This document shows positions 14,301-27,658 of a stretch of DNA of 64,000 nt, piece after piece. This stretch comes from Lama guanicoe (taxonomy: Eukaryota), in NCBI GenBank assembly GCA_013239625.1, contig MU053994.1, forward strand, positions 124,001-188,000, read 5' to 3'. Both the position numbers and the translations under genes were made by a program. The notes below the pieces were generated by a model. It made no database searches. It was not told where the DNA came from and saw only the letters and a program-made list of their open reading frames with translations. Position 1 is the first letter of the stretch. Every line of letters starts with the position of its first letter.

Positions 14301-17300
14301 AATATTACAACCCTGTGTATTTTGTTTCATTAACACAATTATGCACCTTCCCTTTCACCCCGCCCCCCAAAAAACTGTTATGTATCTTTATTTTGTCCAA
14401 TCCCATTTCAGTCATCAGGTATTTCTTTCTTTCTTTCTTTCTTTCTTTTTTTTTTTTATTTGTAACCTGGTAACTGAGAATAGAGGTTTGACACCATATG
14501 TTCCCCTGTGCTTCTTCAGGTAATTGACTCCCCTGTGACAATAACAGTACTCACTTTCTGATAACTTGAGAAACAGTCATTTTCTTGGTCTGTGCTAAAT
14601 TGAAACTCTTCCATGGCAATTTGTATCTTTAACTTTCTGTGACACACTTGAGACATTAATCAAGGTAGTGCTCAAAGTGCTTCAATGTCTGTAATGAGCA
14701 CATCTCACTAATTTCAACGCAACATGCAAGTTTGTGATTTATACCCATGTTAAGGGAAAACATGATTAAAAGAAAAAACAGTACTGCAAAGAGCCCTGTT
14801 TTGGAAATCTCAAATCCTTGCTCAGCAACTTCCATGAGCCATTATCATCATCGTCGTCGTCGTCACCATCACCCTCTCCATGTCTCAGGGTGGTCAATGA
14901 TAAAATGGATATAAGAGTTTTATAATATGTAGGTCCTTTATGTGCTTAAAGAGGAAGCTATATTTTAATTTCTACCACATGCATAGAAAATCATGCTCAA
15001 CTATGACTTGAAATTAGCATTTCAGCCAAATGAAATCTCCATGTGTGGATGCAGTGTCCGGGGTCTGACTCATTTGATGGGTGAAAACAAAGTGTGTGTT
15101 TTATATTCTAGAACCAATCCTGGCTGTAGCATTTGTGCCTCAGAAAGTTCTGATTCACTGGGGCTGAGTCCACAGGAATAGGCTGGTTTACTCGGGAGCT
15201 CCTTTCAATGCAAATATTTATTTTGCTTCCTGGAAACAAAGGATTGCAGTACCAGTCACTAAAGAAAAGCAGCTAGCTACAGGCTTGGCCTGCAGAGCAA
15301 AAAACAAACAAACAAACAAAAACTGGGAAATAAAGTCATTTGGGGTTGAGTTTGGTGTGCACTTTAATTTGGGCCTCAGAACTGCATGCATTGTAGTGAT
15401 AGAAATATACTGTCAATGGCATATAAGGCCTCCCTTTGGGGACCTGGGTTATTTATTCAACTGTCCCAAATTAATAGCGAAATGACTAAGCCTTATATTC
15501 GCCAAGGCCGGGTGATTCTGGCATAAACTTGGCAAGGAAAGCAAATAAGAGGCAGGCCAAGGGGTGTGTGGGGGAAAGCTTACATGAGCTCAGCACCCCC
15601 ATGTAAGTTGTGGAGGCACATTTAATGCCGCTAAAAGCCAGCCATCTTACTCGTTGGTTTTATTGCTTCCTGGGACCACTAATCCCAAACCACCCCTGAT
15701 TCAGCAACTTCTTGGCCTCCTTCTCATCTTTAAATAGTACATTCTGATATGGATTTTTTTTTCCTGTCTGCTGAATCATGTGACCTCCTTTCGCCTGGGA
15801 GGGCAGGTTTTCTCCTTATCTCTTCCATCCATGCCAGCTAAGAGCTCCAGGCTCAGGAAGGCTGGACTCCCCTCTGGACAGAAGGGCTGACCTCACAGTC
15901 AGCAGCAGCAGGAGTTGGGCCCTTTTTGCAGTCAGATCACAGGTCCCAGACAGCCCACCCCGGCTAGGGGCAGCTCTTCATGAGAGTCAAACAGCGGCCA
16001 CGTTTATCTGGCTTCTCCTCTGTAAAGAAACCAGTTATTTTATTGGTAGTTGTGAAAACAAAAACAAAGTTCATGCTACATTAAATACCTGGGCATAAAT
16101 CTCATACTAGGGGTACCCCCTCTCTCCTTGTCTCTTTAATTGAAAGTGCTAATGAATGGAAGCCTGAAGGATGATGCCTTTGGGCTTGAAAATGTATTTG
16201 TTTTTATTTTCTTAAAGCATTGAACCTTGTCATTTCCACCTGGACTTCTCCACAAACGGCAGAGTCCCTTATCTGCAGAATTTCCTGTTCCTTTTTTGGC
16301 CTTTGTGTACCTGTTACCCCTCTGAACTGAATTTGAAAAAAAAATTTAAAATCAAAACCAAATCATCGATATTTTTATTCTTGGGGTTGGGGGTAGGGAG
16401 CAGCAAGGTTAAAGGAGCAGAGAACCCTTTCTTTTCTTCCCTTTCTCCTCCATGAATAATAGTCAGGAAAGAGAAGGAGGGTGGGAGAAAGGATACATGA
16501 GGCTTCACTGTTGGAGACTTGTGAAAACACAGTTTGCAAGAACTTCCTGTTTGTTTCCTGTTTGGTTTTTCTTAGTCCCTTGTGTGCATCTGTGTACTTG
16601 TGTATGTGTGTGTGAGAGAGAAAGAGAGAGAGACTGCCTGACTTATTACAGTCAGCATCACATATGAAATAAAACCGAGCATTTAGCTATTAGATATATC
16701 CGAGTGAACAGATATATGCACGCGTAAACGGATTTAGTGGGTCTTCGTGGTGTGTTAACTGCTCTCTAATAAATTAGTACATAATTAATGAGGGCCCTAG
16801 TTACACTTCTAGTTGTCTAGCTTAAAGTATCCATTTTCATTAAAACTTCTGCCAGGTTAAAGCCAATAGTAGCTATCTGGAAAAGTTAACAGATGTGAGT
16901 TTCACAAATAGAGCCGCAATGTGCGCCACATACGTAATTTTTACATTTTCCAGTAGTTGCATTAAAAAAAAGTTTAAAAAAAGCGAAATTCATTTTAGTA
17001 ATGTAGTTGATTTAACTGTCTATCCAAAATATTGTCATCTCAAAATGTAATCAATATAAAATTAACAATGAGATATTTTACATTTTTTTGTTACTGACTC
17101 TTCAAAGTCTGGTGTGTACTTTACACTTACTGCACATCTCCAGTCGGACTAGCCACAATTTCAAGTGCTCGAGAGCCCCGTGTGGGTTGGCTACTGCACT
17201 GGACAGCAGGGCTAGCATCTCACAGCTGTTTTCAGTTTTGATAAGGTCTCCCTACGGTTTCTGTATGTTTTCGTTGTAACAGGAGAAAATGGAAACCAAA

Positions 17301-20300
17301 CACTGCATGTCATTTGAGGACTGCGGTGTTTCCCCAAACTCGGAACAGTGGGACCCAGAGCTGCCCTGTGGAAAAATAGATTCGGTGATGAAATGAGTTA
17401 GGAAAGTTCTATTCTTTTACCCCTTTGGGAAATTTACATGGTGTACTAACATATCACAGATTCTGAGAAAACTCTCCTGCATAAAGGAAGCTGACTGAAG
17501 TTGCTGAGTTCTGTGTCTGGAAGGTTCAACCTCCTGATTGCGGCTGTAACCCAGCTACCCCTCTAAAAACACGGTCAGGCTGGCATGGTATGCTTATTTG
17601 ATTTTTTCTACACAGGTGTTTTAAAACCTCTTCCCCCACCCCTCACCCCCAGGCCCATTAAAGATACCAGAACAATGGTTGTGTCCCTGAGTATTAATCC
17701 CTACTAATTATCTTGTCATCACAAAGACCTGAGGTCATTCTTTACTCGACTTTTGGGGACAAGAATTCTGGAAATTGCCACAAGTGTCTCTACATAAGAA
17801 AAACTGTGTGTCTTCCCCTCCTTCACTCTTTTTGGAGCCAATCTCTACTTATTCAGAATCACCCAAGAGCCAAGATATGTCTTCTCATTCTAGAACCACC
17901 TACTAAATTGAAACCAGCAGATGGCTTTAATATCTTGCATGGGGACACAGACCTTCAGAAACTACCCAAATACACAGCTTCCTCTCATTCTTTGAGAAAT
18001 TAGGAGCACTCTAAAAAGATTAGGGGAGAAACACTGAATGTGTATATGTATAAACAGAATACAGTTTCTTAAGTAGAGTAATACCGTTCCCGCTAATGCT
18101 TTTTAAAAAATAGTTTGTGTGTGGTGTTAATTTACATGCTTTAATGTGCACTGTTCTTGTAAAGTGTGTAAAGTAGCTGTGACTTAGCAATCAGTTTAAA
18201 GAAGCTATACACTATATTTGACAAGTGTCAGTCTTTAGCAAATGAGCTTTTTGCCTTTGTTTTAGTGGGGCTTCTGATGCTGCCCCGATAAGTTTTGTTT
18301 TATGATCTGTGCTTAAGTGGCAATTACCAATTAAGTAGCTTCTGTCACCAAATTTGGTCCAAGTTGACTATAGTAACCCTTATATATGGACGTATTCAAA
18401 TAAGATTGATTAAAAAGATCAGTTTTGTCTCTGTTTTTTAGGACTTTAGTCTTTCAATATTAGAGATGTCTTCTGAAGACTATAGCGGTAGTAGTATCCC
18501 TTTGCTCTTGAAAATGCCAAGTATACCATGAGTTTTATATAGACTTTACAGAAGTAGGAGTGAAACATTCTAAGTGCCGAAGTTTGGGTTTTAGAATCCG
18601 TCTGATTTGGAAGGGCAGTCCATTCTCTAAAAAGGTAAGAGCCTTCCCAACTTTGAATATCTAGCAGAGCTCTGCTTGGAACAGAAGTCTGAATTTTAAC
18701 CTCGTGGATTTCATGGAGCTAAATTAACACAATGGGTTTTGTAGAATCCAATTATTGGGGAATCACTTCGCAAAGCCATATACTGGGGAATAGTTAAGCA
18801 CCACATGTTAGTTTTGGAGTGTGCATTTCCCAAGTGAATAAAATTTACTTCACCAAAAAGACTTTTTACACAATCCACAATACTTAAACAGAAATATGAT
18901 TGTATCATTGGAGGGAAAAAAATTTCACCTTCCTAATGATACATTTCACATTCACTGGTAAACTAGTGCAATTCCTTAATTATTTTGGGATGATACAAAA
19001 ATAATCTGTCAATAGAATATAGTTGCTTATTCCTATCTAGGAATGAATACATGCTATTATTTAAAGTACTGTTGGATTTTAAAGAACTGCTTAATAAATT
19101 AGTATTATTAATAAAATTGTACTCTTTGCAATACATTAGCCTCAGCACAAACGCAGTTAAAGCCAAAATTATTTAAAGATACATCAAATAATAGAGATTA
19201 GTTATTATTACTCTAAAATTTTAATTTATAGTAGCATTAAATCCAACACCAGTTATCTGCTGTATATAACTAAAATTTTGAAAGTCTTGCACACAAAATG
19301 AAAGGCTTCTTGAAAAATGCCTTTTTGCCAAAAACAGGTTCTATGACCTTTTGCTAATTATTATATTTCTTTAGGGGTACTTTCAGGCGCTTTGAAAGAC
19401 ATACCTGTAGCAGCTAGGTCTAAATTAAGAGCAGAACATTCTGTCAGATATTTTACTATTATCACAAAATGTTGTAGTACTGTATTTTATAATAAAACCA
19501 AATTCTCAAGTATCCTAGTATATTACATATTATTATACCAAAAAAGCCACTTTCTAGGAGTGTATTCTTGTGTACATAATTTTTTTAAAATAATGTTTAT
19601 TTCAGTCCTAGCAAGAAAGTATAATGCAATACGTGACATTTAATTGATCTTTAGTCAAAATCCATTTAGGTATTTGACAGGAAAACTGGCAATCATAAGC
19701 TCTAATGTATAGATTATTCTCAAAGACAAAATGGCAAACGATAAGACATAAAAGACACGGTCACTGGGACAAGTTAGCTAGTATGCACACCGAGAAGGGT
19801 CAATTTGCCAGTGCTTAATCAGATTTTAGCTTTTGTTATTGTTGTTCCTGGCGGGGGAAGTGCTACAGTCAGTTGGTGTGGCCTCCTTTTCATGTGGGGG
19901 ATTTGCTCACAGCCAGTGCATGGTATAATGAAATCTCTTTGGAAGCAGGATTGAGTCAGAAGCTGAGAGATGCACCTTACTGTTTTTAAAACTGCTGTTA
20001 ACAATGTTCTAAACACTGTGATCTTTCCAAATGTGTTTTCTGTATTAGTTTTGTACTGTAGACAATAATACGCCATAAACTGGACTCTATAGTGTTTAAA
20101 GCAATGTTACTTATTGGCTTATCACCTCCCGCATATTTATGTACAGTCTACTTAATCATAGAAAACCTGTGATAATCCTTTGCCTTAAAATAAAATCTAA
20201 TGCTAAATATTGAGTGTGCTCTAATTAATCATTTTAAGCTACAAATTAATTTTGCCATTAAAGCTTAAGACAGTGTCAAATAAAATATTACACAAATACT

Positions 20301-20310
20301 CTGTGAAGTG
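11354..20310 (+). other. LANCL3: Probable long LANCL3 3' UTR (end uncertain)
   Basis: AATAAA at about 11805, 16668, 19491, 20189 and 20279, with GT-rich sequence after 20300. The distal part is AU-rich and repeat-poor, with TGTANATA motifs at 19261 and 19571. Confidence 0.5.
16905..17210. mobile_element. MER33/MER3-like hAT-Charlie DNA transposon
   Basis: AATAGAGCCGCAATGTGCGCCACATACGTAATTTT...ACTAGCCACAATTTCAAGTGCTC...GGCTACTGCACTGGACAGC; family from recall. Confidence 0.65.
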
Positions 20311-21199
20311 TTGCTGCCTATTCTGTGTTTGTGACAGTGTGTGTATCTTGATCTAGGACATGATGACCTGCTGGGTTCTATAAATAGATATTAGTAATCC
20401 TTTTAGAGAATGGGCCTGGCACTTCTCAGCTGTGGGCTGAATCCTCTCCTTAACCCTTATAAATAGATTTTCCCAGGCCACCCAATAATGAAGAAAAACA
20501 GCCCTCCTCTACAATTTTTGTCTTGATTCCTACTGAATCTTCACATTCTATTTGTGTTGCCATCCTCTTCATAAATAGAAAAATGCCAGAGATGCCTGAA
20601 GATGAAATCACCTAATTTCAAAAGGGAAAGGGATCTTGTCATTATTAAAGTCAAATCTCTTATGGAACAAGTTAGAACCTGAGTTGTAGAGAGATTTAGT
20701 GACTTGCTCACGCTGAGTGACAAAAGTGGGCTGAGCCCATCCTGATGTCCAAAAGATTGTCACAAGTCCAGTGAGTGAAAAGGAACTGTGTTAGTCTTGG
20801 GGCTGGCACACAGAAGCAAGCAGAGGGAGGTATGGCTTGGGCTAGAAAACTATTTCCTTATTAGGTCCTGATCTTCGCTCTGCGTTAGTCAGTTATAGAG
20901 GAATACATTTTGAAGGCAGTTGTTTTGAGAAAGAAAACGTTGGCTCCTAAGGATTACCACTGATGCTCTTTCACCTTGGAAGCAATGCTTCAAAGAACTG
21001 TATTTGGGAGATGGGCAAGCTTACCTGGCCCCGTGAAAAGGTACATCCTGGGTGCATGACAATAAATACACTTGTACTTTGAAAAGCATCTGTGTGGTCT
21101 GGTTATTTTTAAGTGACCGGAAACGCTGGCCCTTTGAGGAATTAAGCGTCTCCTAGGCCCGAAAACTAGAGACTGGGCTGGAAAGGCATCCAGACCCTA

Positions 21200-22070
21200 A
21201 TTCGGGACCCCGCGGGCTGCAGGTTCTCTAAGGGACGTGACGGTTTCGAACGCGAGCGCCGGCCAAGGGGTTTTAGGACCCAGCGGCTGCGTGCGGGGCC
21301 GGCGGGGCCCGCCGCCTCCAGTGGGGCTCGGTGCGGGCTGTCTCCCGGCGCGGGTTCGCGGCCCGCCGGCGGATCGTCACCTCAGAGACGCGACGGGCAT
21401 TGAGGCGCGCGGGCGGCGCACCGTGCGTGTGGGCGTGTCCTGACCGGGCCGCGCGCCCCGCCCCAGCCCCGCCGGGTCGCTCGCCCCCAGGCCCCGCTCC
21501 AGCGCTCCGGCCCCGCGCCCTCGGCGGGCGGCGCAGAGCGCGGGAGCTGTTGGGGCCGGGCATGCCGGGAGCCCCTGGAGCCGCCGCCGCCGCCCCCGCG
21601 TCCGCCGCCACCGCGTCCGCCGCCGGTGCGCGCCGCTGACGCGCGGAGATGAAATTCCCGGGCTCCGTGCTGGCGTCCGTGTTCCTGTTCGTGGCCGAGA
21701 CGACGGCGGCGCTCTACCTGAGCAGCACCTACCGCTCGGGCGGGGACGGCATGTGGCAGGCGCTGACGCTGCTCTTCTCGCTGCTGCCCTGCGCGCTCGT
21801 GCAGCTCACGCTCCTCTTCGTGCACCGCGACTTCAGCCGCGACCGGCCGCTCGTCCTGCTGCTGCACCTGCTGCAGCTCGGGCCCCTCTTCAGGTGGGTG
21901 CGGGACCCCCGGCGGCGGGGGGCGGCCCTCCTGGGGAAGGCAGCGGTGGCCGGAGCCGGGGACCGGGCCCAGGCCGGCCCGGCCGCCTCCTCAGCCCCAC
22001 CGTCCCTGTCACAGGAATGCGGCAGGATCCTGGGAGAGTGGGACTCAAGCCGGGGCGTACCGCCTTCCTG
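21200..22070 (+). promoter_or_regulatory. XK: CpG island / TATA-less XK promoter and exon 1
   Basis: Very high GC and CpG density against an AT-rich background; GC-box-like motifs (CCCCGCCCC about 21456). Confidence 0.9.
21649..21893 (+). CDS. XK: XK (Kx antigen, XKR-family lipid scramblase) coding exon 1, 245 nt
   Basis: [81 protein letters not shown](R); donor CAG|gtgggt. Confidence 0.97.
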
Positions 22071-24889
22071 TTAGGGTCTAGCGCAGGAAACTGCCAGTAG
22101 TCCATTGAATTTGACCAACAGAAGGGTCAAGCTTTCCCTGAGATCAGGTGGGCAGGATGGGCTTGTGTCGTGACAGACCCTTGGGAAGTGGCTTCTAAAT
22201 GGCCGTTAGAGCGGAAGCCTGTACAAGTGATTGAATTTAATTTAAATTGATCAAACACGTGGAGTTGACTTTGTGCCAGGCCCTGTTCTGAGCGCATTAC
22301 AAACATTAACTTATATAATTCTCAGACATGACCCTAGAAATCCACGCATCATTCTTTCCTCTGGGATGGTGGAACATACAGGGTTGTAGAGATGTCTTCG
22401 GGGCCCTGCCTGACTTCCACACGCACCCAGAGAAGCTGGAACACAGGTGCCGTGAAGACCAACACTTGGGGCGGTGTCAAGAAAAGAAAAACTATTAGTG
22501 ACATTTCTGGAAATTTAGATTTATTAACACAAAGCAAGTAGAAAAATAACTTGCTGGTAATGAAGTAGAGTTTGGCTTATCTAAAGCCATGAAGAGAGTT
22601 TGAAATGTGTTGTTTTGATAGCTTTCATCTTTGTAGGAAAAGCAAAACAGAGGGTTTCTAACTGGATTAAGAACAAATTTATAATACTGATCTTTAGACC
22701 TAGATGGTACAGGAATTGGAAGAGGTAGAAAGGCCAGAGATGCACCCAGCTGCCAGAAAATTCAGCTAACCAGGAACCTTTCCTACCAGGAAATATCTAA
22801 CCCCCACCCCAACACACCACACAAACACACAGACGCACAGACACAGTCATGCAGCAAGATAGATTTTACAGAGCCCTATTATAAAACTTTGCACTTCATG
22901 TTAGAGACAGTTGTCCCAGCTGACACTCAGAATACTGATTTGTAGTTTACACATAGTCAGGACAAACTTGGTGAACAAGTTTCCCAGCCTCCAGAAGCCA
23001 CAGAATCCTAGAAAGAAAGAGGAAGAGGTGCACTGGCAGGAGTAAGAAGTTGCTACTGACATCCTGAGAGCAAGGGAAGAGTTAGGGGGAAAAGAGAGTG
23101 AGAGCAAGAGTGAAGGGAATTTTTAAAGTCCTGCAACCTGGGACCATAGAGGGAGAAGTTAGTTCTCCCTGGCCAAGTAGGCCACAGCTCCTGATCATAT
23201 TCCCACTCAGTAAAATCATTGTGCTCTGACTTTGAACAAGACACACATCGTTTCTTAAGTTCATCTTGAGAAAAGAAAACTCATTGCTCACGATACTGAA
23301 GTAAAGTGACAGTGCGAGGGCAACCGGCTTTTCTCAAATGCTTCTTGTGCCATATGGTTTGGTAGGTAGGTGTTTCTGTCCCTCAGTTCGTTGAAGCCTC
23401 ATCATGAAGTAGATGTAATTGTCCCCATTTTATAGATGAGGAAAATGAGACCCCCAACCACATTTGGAAGGCTTCTCAGAAATGGAGTTGGCTTCATTAT
23501 GTGGAAGAAGGCAGAGGAGCATGGGGTATATTTAATCAGTAGTTCTATCTTAAATTAAGACAGTTTGATCACCTTGGCGAAATTAAAAAACACAGCCTAA
23601 GTAAGCATCTGGGTAAATGATAATATCCCATCAGTATTGCCATTGAAAGTGTATCTAAGTACTGATAGTGATTCAAAACAAAGCTAAGGACATAACAGTA
23701 TGTATAAAAACAGAATGGCACACAGAGACCTCAGTTCAAGGAAATATACCAAGTTGTTAAGAGGGATAATTTCTAGATGGTGGAGTTACGGGTGATTTGC
23801 ATTTTCTCCTGAAAAATATAGAAAAGTGCATCCTTTTCTCCTTTATTATGTGTCTCTACATTTTTTAGTTTTTACAGTAAAATATTTTAACTTTAAAGAA
23901 AGAAAAAGTCTGGTGCATTGGAGAGAGAACTTCTCGGCCATATATAAAGTTTCAACACCATAAAGAGACCTATTTCCAGAAAAATCTGAATGGGTCATTG
24001 TCTTCTGGGGGGAAAACAAAATAAAACATAAAAAACAAAGGAACAAAACACCCGCTTCCCGCTTCCGTCACATTCTAAGGCAGCTGATTCATTTCAAGAA
24101 GATGTTGGACCCATGTTGAGATACACAAAATGCAGTTCCAAGCCTCTTAGCTTCCAGATGAAAAGAAAAGCAGTTTGATGTTGTGTATTAGCATGGCTTT
24201 GATATCTTATTGGAAGTTCTTCCTGCTGACTGTTTCTGTTTTAACTCTTAAGATATCAGCTTTACATAAAGATCAAAATTATTTCCCCCAAAGGAGAGTC
24301 TCTTTTCCTTTCTTATCAATTGGACTTTGTAATATGTTGAAAATGTTTTTGGAAAATTTAGCTCTATTCAATTTTGGGTGTATACTAACTAGCCAAACTC
24401 CTGTTCTTTTCAGGTGAGATTTTTTTTTTTACATTACATTGTAATGATTATGGGCTGAACAGGACAAACTAGGCCCCGCTCCTTTTTTCCTTCAGGGAAG
24501 CATTGGGAGAGCATCATATTTCATTTCAATCAGTCTCCTGTTTAAAACAGTAGTTGCAGTTTGAAGGCTTGTTTCGTCATTAAGGGTAGGTTGGAATGAC
24601 ACGAACATTGAATAATGTCTTGAGTTAATTTTTTTTCTATTTTAAAGACAGTCTTACTGTGAATGATATTAGATATTCTGGAGAACCAGAGGGGGAAGAG
24701 CACCTCTTAACAACAATAACAAAATTTGTCATTTTTTTAGAATTATTATAAACTAATTGGGAGAAGGGAGAAGAATGAGTTACAGGTTCAAGGACTTTTC
24801 CTCCATTCTTATTCACTGATCTAAGGAGGAAAAAATGGTACATAAAAATCTGGCTTTATAAAATAAATGCTAAGAAGTTCTAGTAATTT

Positions 24890-25130
24890 TTAAATTGAAG
24901 TATAGTTGATATACAATATTATAGAAGTTACAGGTGTACAATATAGTGATTCACAATTTTTAAGGATATACTCCATTTATAATTATTATAAAATATTGGC
25001 TATATTCCCCATGTTGTACAATATATCCTCGTAGTTTATTGTATGCCTAATAGTTTGTACCTCTTAATCTCCTACCCCTATATTGCCCCCCTCACTGGTG
25101 ACCGTGAATTTGTTCTCTATATCTGTGAAT
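24890..25130 (-). mobile_element. 5'-truncated L1 3' end, antisense
   Basis: TTGAAGTATAGTTGATATACAATATT...GTACAATATATCC; repeated CTAGTAATTTTT at both flanks may be the target-site duplication. Confidence 0.7.
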
Positions 25131-25672
25131 CTAGTAATTTTTTCTAGGACATTGCAAAATGATTCACCATAGTATTTCTTTCTATAGTAAACTTTCAAAA
25201 GACTTTAAAATAATAATAGCCTAAATTTGAAGAGCTTTTTTGTTGTTTGCAAAGTGCTTTTACATACAGTATTTAATTCCATCCACTGTAAAACCTTGTG
25301 AGCTGTCATTATCTTTTTTTCACAGTTGAGAATTGAGGCTCAGTAAGATTATGCAAGTGGCCTTTCAAAGGTCACATGGCACTTTCTATTTAACCAGTTT
25401 GGTTCTTTTTTTTTTTTTAACCAGTTTGGTTCTTGTGTAGCTTCACAGAGCATGTGTGTCATATGAAGATAACGTGGCGTATAGGAAATCATAATCAGTA
25501 TTCCTCTTGAAAACGTTTTTATTAATTACCTTAGAGGGTCTCTGGTACTGCAGATTATTTGTGCTGACACCAACATGCATGGTTTCAGCTAAAGGATAAA
25601 CTTCCACTTTGGTACTTGAAAACAGGATAAAGTGAAAAAAAAAAAAAGGATCAACCTGCTGATTACCTGCAT

Positions 25673-25865
25673 AAGAGATCAGCAAACTATGCCCCACAGG
25701 CAAAAATCTCCCCGCTGCCTGTTTTTGTAAATAAAGTTTTGTTAGAACACAGCCATGCTCATTCATTTATGCATTGTCTATGGCTGTTTTGCATTACTGT
25801 GACCTGTAAAGCCTAAAATAAGTAGTCTTTGTAAATACTTTAAAGAAAATGTTTGCCAACCCTTG
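25673..25865. mobile_element. MER58A-like DNA transposon
   Basis: CAGCAAACTATG...TTTTTGTAAATAAAGTTTTGTTAGAACACAGCCATGCTCATTC...GTTTGCCAACCCTTG. Confidence 0.7.
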
Positions 25866-26531
25866 ATCTACACAATACTGAAAAACTACCTTAAATGATT
25901 TTGATGAAAATAATTTATAGCTATATCTAGACAACCTCTCAAGCAAAACAAAGCAAAAAACAGATTTGGAGTAATTGGATGACTTGCAAAATTCCAAGAA
26001 TAGTAGTGTATTTCTTACCAGTTTTCTTAACCAGTAGTGACAAATAGCAGAAATTTTTCACAAATGTATTAAACACATACTATGTGTGATGCTCTGTGCT
26101 AAGATTTTTATTAGTTGGGAAAAACAGTGGATTGCAAGGGGATCCACCTGGGTTTCAGGGCCACCTCTGTGATCAGCTCATTCTGGGACCTTCTTTCATT
26201 TTTGTTGGTAGACAATGAAGTCTCGTTTTGTCTACAATTCTGCGGATGCTTTTCGTTTAACACAGCTCCCTCTTCAGCATCAAGAGAATTGCTTTCTCCT
26301 CTGAACCTTCATTTTACTCATTTAAGTCTTAGCATATGCTAGTGTTTTGTTTGTTTGAGTCTTTAAAAATTCTGAGTTTGATTTTATTATTCGGGTAAAA
26401 CGTATTTCTTTTTCAAACGACAGAAGAGCAGGAAATAGATAAGCACAACTAAAAAAAATTTAAAAGTTCTAATTTGACTCAAGAGAACAAGTCTTAGTGT
26501 TTTGTTATATATCTTTACTAAAATTTTTTTA

Positions 26532-26727
26532 CAGCGGTAAGCTGGTAAACCATAAACTGTCTCTTAAGAAGGAAAAAGCCCTGATTTGCAGCATTTGCCG
26601 ATTTCTGTGATTTACATATTTCCATTATGGCCTATGTCAAACTACTAAGTTGTTTAACAGCCGGCTTACAAAATTCCTATTTAACAGTCTCTTCAGTCAG
26701 TATGAGCCAGCTCAAGCACTCCACTAT
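26532..26727. mobile_element. MER63-like DNA transposon
   Basis: Imperfect terminal inverted repeats CAGCGGTAAGCTGG...CCAGCTCAAGCACTCCACT; family from recall. Confidence 0.5.
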
Positions 26728-27552
26728 TTATGTGTGTGTGTGTGTATATATATATAATTTTCTTTTTATAAAAAATGAAACTTTCTATATATATAACTGA
26801 ATCATTATGCTGTACACCAGAAACTAACACAACATTATAAATCAACTATACTTCAGTAAAAAAGAAACTTTATATATATATATTCTTTTGTAATTTACCC
26901 TTTTTACTTACCAAATTAAGTAAACATTTATATATCAGTAGATGTATGTGTATACTGTTAATTTTAAGGATTGGATAATATTTGATTGAATACAAATATT
27001 AGGATTTATTTAATCATTGTTTTATTTGGGGACCTTGAGAGTATTCCTAGAATTTTGCTATTACAAATAATGCTATGATTCAAATTCTTACAGTAGGCTT
27101 TCTTTCTAAGTGAGTTAATATATGAGAACTATCTTAAAATCTGAATGTGCTATATAAATATTAGTTGTGCTATTTATTATCCTTATTATTTATTGGTCCC
27201 ATTTTCCCACATAGATTGTGAACACCTCTGAACGCAGCAAGGGTATCCAGCTATCTTTGCATTCCCCACAGTACTTAGCAAAGTATGTCTGTGTTCATTC
27301 ACATATTTGAGAATAAAGACAATGGTCAGTTTGTTCTGTCTTCTAATCCTTGTGATCAGTGGTCCAATGGTGTGAAGTTGCTAGACCTCAAACAGTCCTC
27401 AGTCATTTGAGTTTTTCCTTAGCAAATTCAGTTGGATCAGCTGGACTTCATTATTTTCAACTGAACAAGTTCATCCATGCTGTTTTACATGTTTTCATGT
27501 AATATATTAAAGTGCCCATGACCCCAGTGGACAAAATGTAGCAGATGGTTGC

Positions 27553-27658
27553 CTCTCCCTCCCTCCCTCCCTCTCTCCCTGCCTGCCTCCCTCCCTCTCT
27601 CACTTCCTCTCTCTCTTTCTCTCTCTTTCTCTCTCTCTCACACACACACACAAACACA
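27553..27658. repeat. Compound (CCCT)n/(CT)n/(CA)n microsatellite
   Basis: Visible directly in the sequence. Confidence 0.9.

Noticed and set aside
21237..22105. Several overlapping GC-rich ORFs and the 141-aa extension of XK exon 1
   Set aside because: Expected by-products of a CpG island; the real frame splices at 21893.
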